Assembly (NCBI GenBank): GCA_035403965.1
Contig: DAONGE010000001.1
Location: 11,475 to 75,474, forward strand
Length of the DNA: 64,000 nt
Reading direction: 5' to 3'
Source of the DNA: Candidatus Omnitrophota bacterium
GTDB lineage: Bacteria; Omnitrophota; Gorgyraeia; Tantalellales; Tantalellaceae
In this document: positions 1-9,500 of the stretch, piece after piece
Position numbering within the stretch: the stretch's first letter is position 1
Layout: every line of letters starts with the position of its first letter
Notes under the pieces: model-generated
What the model was told of the DNA's origin: nothing
Seen by the model: the letters and a program-made list of their open reading frames with translations, nothing else
Databases searched by the model: none
Position numbers and translations under genes: made by a program

Positions 1-296
1 GAAAAGAAGAAAGAAAGATACGCGCTGAAATAAGAGCCGCCAGGCAGGTCAAGATAGGTCCGCTTGAAACAAAAGTAAAAAATCTTGAAAATATGATCGC
101 GGACGCCGAAAAAGAACATACGACCCTGGCGGAATCGCTTATAAAAAGTTCCGAACAGCAGGACGCATCCGAAATAGCTGTGCTTTCAAAAAAATATAAC
201 GCGATCAAGGTCCAGGTGGACCATTTGTACGAAGAACTGGATCGGGCGATCGCCGCGCTGGAAAAAGCAAAACGGGAAATGGGAGAGGATGTATAA
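1..296 (+). CDS. C-terminal fragment of a coiled-coil protein, possibly the C-terminal domain of an ABC-F family ATPase (5' end outside window)
   Basis: Frame 3 is open from nt 3 with no upstream stop. K/E/A-rich coiled-coil sequence (..ETKVKNLENMIADAEKEH..ELDRAIAALEKAKREM) resembles the ABC-F (Uup/EttA-like) C-terminal coiled coil. Stop at 294-296. Confidence 0.35.
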   Translation, partial: KEERKIRAEIRAARQVKIGPLETKVKNLENMIADAEKEHTTLAESLIKSSEQQDASEIAVLSKKYNAIKVQVDHLYEELDRAIAALEKAKREMGEDV

Positions 297-392
297 GTTT
301 TAGCTTTTACAGTGATAATGTTTTTGTAAATATTGTCTTACAGATATAACGGGTGTAAGCTTTTCTTTTGGAAGGGAACAAAGGAGGAGGTT

Positions 393-1121
393 ATGTACCG
401 CGATACGGAAAGTTTGAAAAACGAGGAAGTAAAAGAATTTTTTGACAAATGGAAAACGTATAAGAAAGCGATGGACCTGGATTATATAGGACATCGTGGC
501 GCGTATGACACCCTCAAAAAATACGTGAATAGCCACTACAAAGCACGACCTTTCAGTATTATTGATTTCGGATGTGGTGACGCTGAATTCATGTCAGAGG
601 TCCTTAAAGAGACCACGATCAAAGGATATAAAGGGATAGACCTTTCTCCTGTAGTGATCAAGATGGCCAAGAAAAACATGGCCGGCATAAAATGTTCCAA
701 AGAATTCAAACAGGCCGATCTTATGGATTGTATAGGTAAAGGAACGCGTGCTGATATAGTATGGACAGGGCTTTCTATCCATCATCTGCCGTTGGAATAT
801 AAAAAGAAATTCATAAAAAAATGCGGGCAGATATTCTCCAAGGAAAAAGGGACGCTGCTTATACACGAACCGTTGCGCAGGGAACGGGAGAGCATGAAGA
901 CGTATCTTAAGAGACTCAAAAACCTGTGTGACAAAGAATGGGACGAACTTACGACCCGGCAGAAAGCAGAATTTTACGGGCATATTGAGGCTACTGATCT
1001 GCCCGAACCGCTTTCGTTCTATCAGAGCATCGGGAAAGAAGCCGGTTTCAGTTCGGTAGATCTTCTTTACATGGATAAACACGACGTGCATGGTGTAGTG
1101 GTTTTTACGATGGGAAGATGA
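393..1121 (+). CDS. class I SAM-dependent methyltransferase
   Basis: Motif I IIDFGCGDAEF (Rossmann SAM-binding), then acidic and hydrophobic strands (ADIVWTGLSIHH). Start moved to ATG 393 because AAAGGAGGAGG lies 5 nt upstream; the track start 333 has no RBS. Confidence 0.7.
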   Translation: MYRDTESLKNEEVKEFFDKWKTYKKAMDLDYIGHRGAYDTLKKYVNSHYKARPFSIIDFGCGDAEFMSEVLKETTIKGYKGIDLSPVVIKMAKKNMAGIKCSKEFKQADLMDCIGKGTRADIVWTGLSIHHLPLEYKKKFIKKCGQIFSKEKGTLLIHEPLRRERESMKTYLKRLKNLCDKEWDELTTRQKAEFYGHIEATDLPEPLSFYQSIGKEAGFSSVDLLYMDKHDVHGVVVFTMGR

Positions 1122-1122
1122 C

Positions 1123-2358
1123 ATGGAAGAAACGGATTATGTGGTTAAGTGGGAAGAAATATCGCGTTATGACGTGACACAAGCCGCGTCGGAATTCGCG
1201 CAACTGTCTCAGGAGGAAGCCAGCCGTGTAGTAGACACATTGGGGATGAACTATATCTCCGAAATAGTGGGACGTGTGGCTACGGATGCCGCGACAGCGA
1301 TGCTTCGCAACATGTCGGACGAAATACGGCAGACTGTTTTAGCCAAAATAGAATCTGAAAAAGCGTCGGATATCAGGGAGTTGCTTTCATATCCGGAAGG
1401 AACGGCCGGGGCCATCATGGCAAAGGAATTTTTGGCCATTCCGGTAGAAGCCACTATTAAAGAAGCGACAAAATATCTGCAGACACTGTCCGGCGGGAAG
1501 AAAGGTAAAGTTTCGTATATTTATGTAGTTGATCGCAACCGCAGACTTGAAGGAGTGATCCAGATAAGGGATCTGATATTTCATTCACCGGATAAACCTA
1601 TACGCGAGATACTTATAAGCCCCGTCGTTCAGGTTGAAACGATGATGTCGCAGCTTGATATCGCGCGGCTTCTGAAACGGCACAGATACCTGGGACTTCC
1701 GGTTGTGGATGCCGAACAGAGGATAGTCGGCGTGATAAGTGCCGATAATGTCCTTCAGGCTGTCGAAGAGGAAGCAGAAGACGATATTGCAAAGATTGTT
1801 GGTACGAGTTCCGAAGAAATAAAAACACATTCTGTTAAAAAAGTAATACGTATGCGCTTGCCATGGCTGTTGATCAGCGTTCTAAGCGGACTTATGTGCG
1901 CGTTGATATCGGGATTATTCAGGAACAGTATTGCCGATATCGCGGTGTTGTTCCTTTTTGTCCCGATAGTTCTCGGTCTTTCGGAAAGCGCCGGCGTGCA
2001 GAGCGCTATAATCGTTGTAAGGAATATTACGGCCGGGATCATAACCTTCAAAAAAACAGGGGCACTTTTTGTGAGAGAATTTTTAGCGGCGATGTTCATA
2101 AGCATAATATGCGGAACCATTGTCGGCGCTTTTGCGTGGATGTTGCATAAACTTTTCGCGATAGGGATCGCGATAGCGGTGTCGATGTTCATCACAATGT
2201 TGATATCTTCTATTATCGGAGTATTTTTACCGTTCGTTTTCAAAAAATTTAAAATTGACCCGGCTTTCGCGGCCGGGCCGATCGTACTGGCGATATGCGA
2301 CATACAGACGATATCGGTCTATTTTACAATATCGGCGTACATCCTTAAATTGCTTTAG
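1123..2358 (+). CDS. mgtE: magnesium transporter MgtE
   Basis: MgtE N-terminal domain, tandem CBS region (VVDRNRRLEGVIQIRDLI.. / VVDAEQRIVGVISADNV) and a C-terminal 5-TM MgtE domain (PIVLGLSESAGVQSA.., GPIVLAICDIQT). The start abuts the stop of the upstream MTase. Confidence 0.85.
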   Translation: MEETDYVVKWEEISRYDVTQAASEFAQLSQEEASRVVDTLGMNYISEIVGRVATDAATAMLRNMSDEIRQTVLAKIESEKASDIRELLSYPEGTAGAIMAKEFLAIPVEATIKEATKYLQTLSGGKKGKVSYIYVVDRNRRLEGVIQIRDLIFHSPDKPIREILISPVVQVETMMSQLDIARLLKRHRYLGLPVVDAEQRIVGVISADNVLQAVEEEAEDDIAKIVGTSSEEIKTHSVKKVIRMRLPWLLISVLSGLMCALISGLFRNSIADIAVLFLFVPIVLGLSESAGVQSAIIVVRNITAGIITFKKTGALFVREFLAAMFISIICGTIVGAFAWMLHKLFAIGIAIAVSMFITMLISSIIGVFLPFVFKKFKIDPAFAAGPIVLAICDIQTISVYFTISAYILKLL

Positions 2359-2359
2359 A

Positions 2360-2638
2360 TCAAATTCCGCCGGATGGGGGAGCCTGGTCGTCGTTTTCCG
2401 GAGAATCGGATTGTTGAGGGTCGGGAGGAATATCGTATTCCTCATTATATGCGTCCTGCGAACTTAACGACGAGCTGCTTCCAGAAGAGGATGAACCATA
2501 GGAACTTTCCATCGGGTCATCATCGTTATTCCCGGAAACGATATCGCCGCTGTCATCAATGCTTTCACTTTCGGCGAAAACAAATCCGGACGTGAACAGT
2601 AAAAAGAAAAGAAGGGACAAGTAACGAAATAATTTCAT
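2360..2638 (-). CDS. small secreted acidic Ser/Asp-rich protein (hypothetical)
   Basis: N-terminal signal peptide MKLFRYLSLLFFLLFTSGFVFA followed by a low-complexity D/S/E-rich tail. GGAGACC RBS lies upstream of ATG 2638. The longer track ORF start lacks an RBS. Confidence 0.4.
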   Translation of the reverse strand: MKLFRYLSLLFFLLFTSGFVFAESESIDDSGDIVSGNNDDDPMESSYGSSSSGSSSSLSSQDAYNEEYDIPPDPQQSDSPENDDQAPPSGGI

Positions 2639-2743
2639 GGCGGTCTCCTTTTTGTTGAATATTAAATAAGTACCACATAACTCGTGTGGAATCAAATCGC
2701 AAGCGACTAATTCGGTCTCCGGCTTTTATCTTTTAAAGGCAAA

Positions 2744-2872
2744 ACAAATAGCTACGGTGGGCATGTCCGATTCGCTTTTTCATTTTTGATCTCCCGGCGT
2801 TTGACTCGCGCTGATGCGTAAATTATTTTTAATCGGATAACGGCAAATCGGACATGCCCACCGTAGCTATTC
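2744..2872. repeat. MITE-like or structured element: two 25-26 bp near-perfect inverted repeats (ATAGCTACGGTGGGCATGTCCGATT) flanking a ~70-bp core
   Basis: 2746-2772 and 2845-2871 are reverse complements (25/26 identical). A third partial copy, TATAGCTACGGCGG, lies at 3092-3105. The unit sits in a 730-bp non-coding gap. Confidence 0.5.
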
Positions 2873-3353
2873 ATGCTTTTTGTATAGTGACAGATGCGAA
2901 AAACATATGCGAGTACACCTTCAGTTGAATTAGTGAAATGAGACGGTATGGTGTGAATACCTTTTTAACGGAGAAGTTTGTGTGCTTTCGTACGTGGCAT
3001 CGTGAGGCCGAGCGGGCACGGATCCGGCGGAGCGACATATTTATTTCATGGATCCCCGCCTTCCACCTCCGCTTTTATATCAAAAACTTATATAGCTACG
3101 GCGGACGCGAAAGCGCGCGGGGATGACATTTTTGGCGACGCCGGAGAGCGAGGCCGAGCGCTGAGCGAAGAAATCCTCGCAGGGGATTTCGAGCGTCCAC
3201 GGTAGAAAGAACACAAACTTCTCCGAAAACGGAAATCGTTTAGGAGCCGTACTCCCCATTCCGCCAATTAACAAAACGAGCGCAAATTATCATTCCTTAT
3301 AAACTGGGGAGCGTCCGGATAATAGGAATATGAGAGGCGGATTCCGGAAAGGT

Positions 3354-3382
3354 GTTGACAAAAGAGAAAAGGCGCGATATAC
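3354..3382 (+). promoter_or_regulatory. sigma70-like promoter for the Rrf2-metY-cysK unit
   Basis: TTGACA (3354-3359), 17-nt spacer, TATACT (3377-3382). AGGAGG RBS at 3412-3417 precedes ATG 3424. Confidence 0.5.
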
Positions 3383-3423
3383 TCTACTATGTTGATAGGG
3401 ATTATAGTGAATAGGAGGCGAAG

Positions 3424-3864
3424 ATGAAGATAACATATAAAGGTGATTACGCGCTGAAGGCGGTTCTTGATCTTTCAGTGAATTATGGGAAGGGCGTTGT
3501 GACCATAAATGACATGGCGAAGCGAATAGATGTGCCCATCAAATTTTTAGAGCAGGTATTGCTTGAACTGAAAAAAGGGGGATTTGTAGATAGTAAACGC
3601 GGGAAGATTGGCGGATACTATTTAGCGAAAGCGCCTCTGAAAATAACGGTCGGCGATGTGATAAAATTCATAGAGGGACCGATCGAACCTATTGCCTGTG
3701 TGAAAGATAATTACGGCGGATGTAAGGATATGTATAAATGCGCGTTTAGGGAAGTATGGCGAAAGGTCTTTCGGGCGACTTCCGAAATAGTGGATAATGT
3801 CACGTTTGAAGAGCTGGTGTACAAGGTAAAACCTGCGGAAGAAATATATTCATACTCTATATAG
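3424..3864 (+). CDS. Rrf2-family transcriptional regulator (IscR/CymR-like)
   Basis: Rrf2 winged-HTH sequence YALKAVLDLS..VTINDMAKRIDVPIKFLEQVLLELKKGGFVDSKRGKIGGYYLAK. It lies immediately upstream of metY and cysK, consistent with a CymR-type cysteine-metabolism regulator. Cys cluster CVKDNYGGCKDMYKC is present. Confidence 0.8.
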   Translation: MKITYKGDYALKAVLDLSVNYGKGVVTINDMAKRIDVPIKFLEQVLLELKKGGFVDSKRGKIGGYYLAKAPLKITVGDVIKFIEGPIEPIACVKDNYGGCKDMYKCAFREVWRKVFRATSEIVDNVTFEELVYKVKPAEEIYSYSI

Positions 3865-3966
3865 GAGAGAGAACAATGATAGGTATAATTTGTATAGATC
3901 GAATGTGATGAAGCATATCAATGATATGCAGAGTAAAGATATTTCTAATAAAAAATGGAGGAAAAA

Positions 3967-5259
3967 ATGAGTAAGATAGATAAAAAACTGAAAACGGAAA
4001 GTATATTGTTACACGGAGGGCAGGAGGCGGATCCTACCACGGGTTCTCGTGCCGTTCCTATATATCAGACTGCGGCTTATCAATTCAAAAATACGGATCA
4101 CGCCGCGAGACTTTTTAATCTGACCGAACCGGGAAATATTTATGTACGGTTAATGAATCCCACAACGGATGTTTTTGAAAAAAGGATGGCTCTTCTCGAA
4201 GGCGGGATAGGCGCTCTTGCCGTGGCGAGCGGACAGTCTGCGATAAGTATATCAATATTAACCCTGGCGCAGTCTGGGGACGAGATAGTTTCCGCGGATA
4301 ATTTATACGGAGGAACATATACGCTGTTTCGCTATACGTTTGCGAAAATGGGGATAAAAGTAAGATTTGTTAAATCCACGGATCTCGCCGCGATTGAAAA
4401 AGCAATAACGCCGAAAACAAAAGCGATATATGCGGAATCCATAGGGAACCCGAAGCTTGATGTGACGGATATTGCAGCGCTCGCGAAGATAGCGCATAAA
4501 AACGGTATTCCGCTGATTCTTGATAACACGGTTTCGCCGTATTTGCTCCGTCCGATCGAGTATGGAGTGGATATAGTGGTTTACTCCGCTACGAAGTTCA
4601 TCGGCGGGCACGGGACATCGCTCGGCGGTGTGATAGTCGATTCCGGAAAATTTGACTGGACTAATGGTAAATTTCCGTTGATATCGGGGCCGGATCAAAG
4701 TTATCACGGTATCGATTTTGTAAAAGCACTTAAATCACAGGGGAACATAGCATACATTACGAAAGCTCGTGTTACAGTATTGAGGGATCTCGGAGCGACC
4801 CTTTCGCCGTTCCATTCTTTTCTGTTTTTGCAGGGGCTCGAGACTTTGCATCTCCGTATGCCGAGGCATGCCGAAAACGCGCTGGCGGTCGCGAAACACC
4901 TGGAAAAACATCCTAAGGTGGCCTGGGTGAATTATCCGGGGCTTGATTCGAGTCCGGAAAAAAAGAAATCGGATAAGTATCTTAAAAAAGGAGCCGGCGC
5001 GATAATAGGTTTTGGGATAAAAGGCGGGCTTAAGGCGGGGAAAAAATTCATTGATTCACTGGAACTGATCTCGCATCTGGCCAATATAGGCGACGCTAAA
5101 ACGTTGGCGATACATCCGGCTACGACCACGCATCAGCAGCTTTCGGATGAGGAGCAGATAGCTAGCGGAGTTACAAAAGATTTTATCAGGTTGTCTATAG
5201 GGATAGAGAATGTAGAGGACATTATAGCGGATATAGATCAGGCGCTTGAGAAAGCATGA
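3967..5259 (+). CDS. metY: O-acetylhomoserine sulfhydrylase (PLP-dependent Cys/Met-metabolism family)
   Basis: Cys/Met-metabolism PLP-enzyme sequence: [29 protein letters not shown], and [12 protein letters not shown] containing the PLP lysine. Start placed at ATG 3967, which follows GGAGG. Confidence 0.85.
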   Translation: MSKIDKKLKTESILLHGGQEADPTTGSRAVPIYQTAAYQFKNTDHAARLFNLTEPGNIYVRLMNPTTDVFEKRMALLEGGIGALAVASGQSAISISILTLAQSGDEIVSADNLYGGTYTLFRYTFAKMGIKVRFVKSTDLAAIEKAITPKTKAIYAESIGNPKLDVTDIAALAKIAHKNGIPLILDNTVSPYLLRPIEYGVDIVVYSATKFIGGHGTSLGGVIVDSGKFDWTNGKFPLISGPDQSYHGIDFVKALKSQGNIAYITKARVTVLRDLGATLSPFHSFLFLQGLETLHLRMPRHAENALAVAKHLEKHPKVAWVNYPGLDSSPEKKKSDKYLKKGAGAIIGFGIKGGLKAGKKFIDSLELISHLANIGDAKTLAIHPATTTHQQLSDEEQIASGVTKDFIRLSIGIENVEDIIADIDQALEKA

Positions 5260-5263
5260 TCAA

Positions 5264-5330
5264 AAGTATCATGTGTCATGTGTCAGGGCGGCCGAAAAGG
5301 AACCCTTTTGTATCATGACACATGATACTT
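5264..5330. promoter_or_regulatory. 17-bp perfect inverted repeat (AAGTATCATGTGTCATG .. CATGACACATGATACTT) between metY and cysK; terminator or operator candidate
   Basis: Arms at 5264-5280 and 5314-5330 are exact reverse complements around a 33-nt loop. Positioned between two sulfur-metabolism genes and downstream of an Rrf2 regulator. Confidence 0.4.
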
Positions 5331-5361
5331 GATACATAAAAAAGGTACAAAGGAGGCAGCC

Positions 5362-6297
5362 ATGGCCAGAATATTCGAAGACATAACTAAAACTGTTGGG
5401 AACACTCCATTGGTTCGGATAAATAAATTAGCAAAAGAGTCCGGGGCCAATGTATTGGCCAAACTTGAATATTTTAATCCCTTGTCCAGCATAAAGGACA
5501 GGATAGGTGTCGCGATGATCGAAGCCGCCGAAAAGTCCGGCGATCTGAAAAAAGGATCCGTTATAATAGAACCTACCAGCGGTAATACCGGTATTGCACT
5601 GGCTTTTGTGGCGGCGGCCAGAGGATACAGACTTATTCTTACTATGCCCGAAACAATGAGCATCGAGAGACGGCAGCTTTTAAAAATATTAGGAGCCGAA
5701 ATTATTCTTACCGAAGGATCAAAAGGGATGTCCGGGGCGGTAGAAAAGGCGGAAGAATTGGGTAAGAATATACCAAAAAGTTTTATCCCGCAACAGTTCA
5801 GTAACCCGGTAAATCCCGAAATACACAGGAAAACAACGGCCGAGGAAATATGGAAAGATACCGACGGTAAAGTGGATGTTTTTATAGCGGCGGTCGGAAC
5901 GGGCGGCACGCTTACCGGGGTCGGCGAAGTTTTAAAGAAAAAAAATCCGTCGGTAAAGGTCATAGCGGTTGAACCTGCGGATTCGCCGGTGCTTTCGGGG
6001 GGGAAACCCGGTGCGCACAAAATCCAGGGGATAGGCGCGGGGTTCGTTCCTAAAGTGCTTAACCGGGAAGTTTATGATGAGATCATCAGGGTAAAACACG
6101 AGGATGCAGGTGATATCGCGCGGCGTCTTGCGCGTGAAGAAGGGATCCTGTCCGGGATCTCAAGCGGGGCTAATATCTGGGCTGCGCTCGAAGTCGCAAA
6201 ACGTGAAGAGTCAAAAGGGAAAAGCATAGTCGCTATAATTTGTGATACCGGCGAACGATATCTTTCGACATGGCTTTTTCAGGAATATCTTGCGTAA
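5362..6297 (+). CDS. cysK: cysteine synthase A (O-acetylserine sulfhydrylase)
   Basis: Sequence is diagnostic for CysK: [17 protein letters not shown] (PLP lysine), [26 protein letters not shown] precedes ATG 5362. Confidence 0.9.
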   Translation: MARIFEDITKTVGNTPLVRINKLAKESGANVLAKLEYFNPLSSIKDRIGVAMIEAAEKSGDLKKGSVIIEPTSGNTGIALAFVAAARGYRLILTMPETMSIERRQLLKILGAEIILTEGSKGMSGAVEKAEELGKNIPKSFIPQQFSNPVNPEIHRKTTAEEIWKDTDGKVDVFIAAVGTGGTLTGVGEVLKKKNPSVKVIAVEPADSPVLSGGKPGAHKIQGIGAGFVPKVLNREVYDEIIRVKHEDAGDIARRLAREEGILSGISSGANIWAALEVAKREESKGKSIVAIICDTGERYLSTWLFQEYLA

Positions 6298-6503
6298 AAT
6301 CAGAGGTAAGAGGACGGGATCTAGGAGGGAAATAATACTTTTGGTTCCGAGATGCCGTTCGTAAGCGCGTGAATCTGTCTAATATCCCACAAGATCGGGT
6401 TACTAACCAGTGCCTTGTTCCATATTTTTGAAGTACAGTGTATAATATCATTATTGGTAATATAATATGGAAAAGACGATCAAGTGACCACTTAAACTGA
6501 CCT

Positions 6504-9500
6504 ATGAATATCCAAAATATTATGGACGTTGTTATATGGCAAAAAGATTACATCATGTTTGCCGAGGGATTCTTTTTTCTTTTGATTTCCGTAGTGACAT
6601 GTCTTCTGTATAACTATGAGAAAAGAGAAATAGGGTGGAATTGGTTCTCGGTGTATACGGGCATGCATGCGGTATTGCTTTTTGCCGGGGTTGTAATGAT
6701 CAGCGTTAATGAACCCCCTTGGTGTGCTTTTCTCAGACAGATGTTGAATCTCATTTCGTATTTTTTCCTTATAGAGTTTGCGAGGGTCTCGTACTGCAAA
6801 AAGAACAAGGTGAACAGTGTTCCGTGGATATACCTGGTGATATTTCCGATATTAATAATAGCGGAAAATTTCCGGATAATAGATCTTTGGACCGGAGGCA
6901 CACAGATACTGAAAATAGCGGGTGCCTTTTTTTCCGGATGGACGTTGTGGCGGTTTTCTCTTGGCAAAGACGAGAAGAAACGTCGTGTGCTTCAGCCCAT
7001 AGCGGTGATATTTGTAATATTGGCTTTAATCGAATGGGTAGTGGCGACAAAGCTATATTTTTTACCGCGTAATTCTACCGCAGACGCGCTGGATCCTTTG
7101 AATGTGGTTTTCAGCGTGCTCGCGATAGAGATATTGTTCTCTTCAGCCGCGATGGTCTTATTGTGGAAATATTATTACGTTATCCGAAAAGAAAAATTGC
7201 CGGGTTGCTGGAAAAATATAAACAGAGAAATAAGGGTGATGGTCGGTAGTATAGCCGTGATAATTATTGCCGGTTGGTATTTGGCCCAGCAAAAAGGCGA
7301 ATTGACAGATAACGAAGAAAAAGAACAATTATATTCACATGCCTTGCTGGCGGCCAAAGCGTTTCCAGCCGAAGATATTCTCCGATTGACCGGCACGCTC
7401 CGTGACATGCAGTGGGGAGGATATCATAAAATAAGGCATCAGCTTAAAAGGATTTGTACGGAACTTCCGCGTTGCAGGTTCGCGTATATATTCGGGGAAA
7501 AAGAGAACGATATCATATTTTTGGCGGATTCGGAAAGTCTTACATCATCGGATTTTTCACAGCCCGGACAGGTTTATCTGGAGGCAAGTCAGGCGCTTAA
7601 GGATATCTTTAAGACGGGGAGTGGTATCATAGAGGGCCCGATGGCAGATAGATGGGGCGTGTTCGTAAGCGCCTTGATACCAATACACTACGAGGGAAAA
7701 GTTATAGCGGTTTTCGGTGTGGACGTTGACGCGACCCGATGGCACAAAATAGTTTTTCAGGAGCGCGGGATGAGGATGTTCATAACGGCACTTGCACTCA
7801 TTCTCCTTCTTTCTTTTTTCGTATACCGACAAATGGAGGAAGAAAGTAAAGAACTTCTTAGTATTTCAAAGGATATTCTTGCCAAAAGCGAGGAAAGATT
7901 CCGGTCGCTTGTTTCAAATCTTCCAGGAGCCGTCTATAGGTGTGCTAATGATGGCAAGTGGACAATGTCGTTCTTAAGTAAAACTATCGAAGACCTGACG
8001 GGATATCCTGTTTCGGATTTTATAGGTAATTCTGTCAGAAGTTATGCCGATCTTATTTATCCTGAAGATGAGGAAATGGTAAATAAACTGGTTAGGGAAG
8101 ATGACCGTAATTTCGCACTGGAGTACCGCATCATTCACCGGGACGGGACTATTAGGTGGATATATGAAAGAGGTATCGGCATAAAGGGGACAAGCGGGAC
8201 AATAGAATATCTTGACGGTGTAATGCTGGATATCACAGGTCAGAAAATGGCGGCGGAAGCTTTGGCTCAATCCGAGGCGTTGAAGGCCTCGATACTGGAT
8301 TCCATAGGGCATGCGGTAATAATAGTGGAGAACCGGATAATAAAGTATGCAAATAACGGTTTTAAAAATGTTTTTGGGTGGGAACCGGACGAAGTGATAG
8401 GTAAAAGCGCACAGATATTATATGCTTCCGATGAGATCTATGAAAGCGTCGAGGATAAAATATATAGACCTTTGGCGACAAAAAATAAACATGTGGAGGA
8501 AATGCAGTGCGTGAGAAAAGACGGATGCGGGATAATATGCAGGATCAGCACTTCTAAAATAGGCAACGATTTCACCAATAGAAAAGTGGTCGGGATAATA
8601 GAAGATGTTACGGATATTAAGAACGCGCAGGAAGCGCTTAACAAAGCCCTCCAGGATTATACGACCCTTGTGACCAATGTTCCCGGTATTGTGTATAAGA
8701 TTAAGATGGATATGTATGGAAAATTTAAATTTCTTTACGCCAGCGACGCATTTTCCAAGTTTGGAATAGCCGCGAAAGACCTCGTAGAAGATGCGGATAA
8801 GGCATTTGGAAAAATATATCCGGATGATCTGGTCCGCGTGATAGAAACAAGCAAGATATCCGCGTCGGAAATGTCGTTATGGGAATTAGAATTCCGGATT
8901 GTAGCGGACAAAGGAGAAATAAAATGGCTGTACGGAAAGGCTGTCCCGAATAAAGATGCGAATGGAGAAGTTGTCTGGGACGGTATTCTTATGGATGTGA
9001 CTGAAAGGAAAAAGGTCGAAGAACGGCTGGAAGAAGCCCAGATACTTTTGAAGGCGGCGATAACACAGTCTTCGTTCGGGATAGTCGTTGTGGATGCGAA
9101 GAAGAAAGTCAGTTTTTCAAATGTGGCGGCCGAACAGATAAGAATGGATGTCGGGCTATCTTTTGAGGACGAGACAAGGACAAAAGAATGGAGCGCGTAT
9201 CATCCTGACGGAGAGACGAAATATTTGAAAGAAGAATTGCCTCTGGTGCTTGCGGTAGACAAAGGGATAATTTCCGAAGATATAGAAATCGTGATTAAGC
9301 ATAAAACCAAAGAAGAGCGGTGGTTGTCTGTCAGCGCGGCGCCAATACGAAATAACGAGGGTGTAATTATCGCCGGTATAGCCCTATTTAACGATATCAC
9401 AGACAGAAAGAAAGCTGAAAGGAAACTCAGGAACACGTTGGAAGAGTGGCGGGCGACGTTCAACGCCGTAAGCGATCTTATGTTTGTTCTGGACAAGGAT

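Noticed and set aside
2938-3274. Three overlapping small ORFs (62-75 aa) in the gap between the acidic-protein gene and the Rrf2 gene
   Set aside because: Arg/Gly-rich translations produced by GC-rich patches. No RBS, mutually overlapping. The region is better explained as a non-coding repeat-containing spacer.
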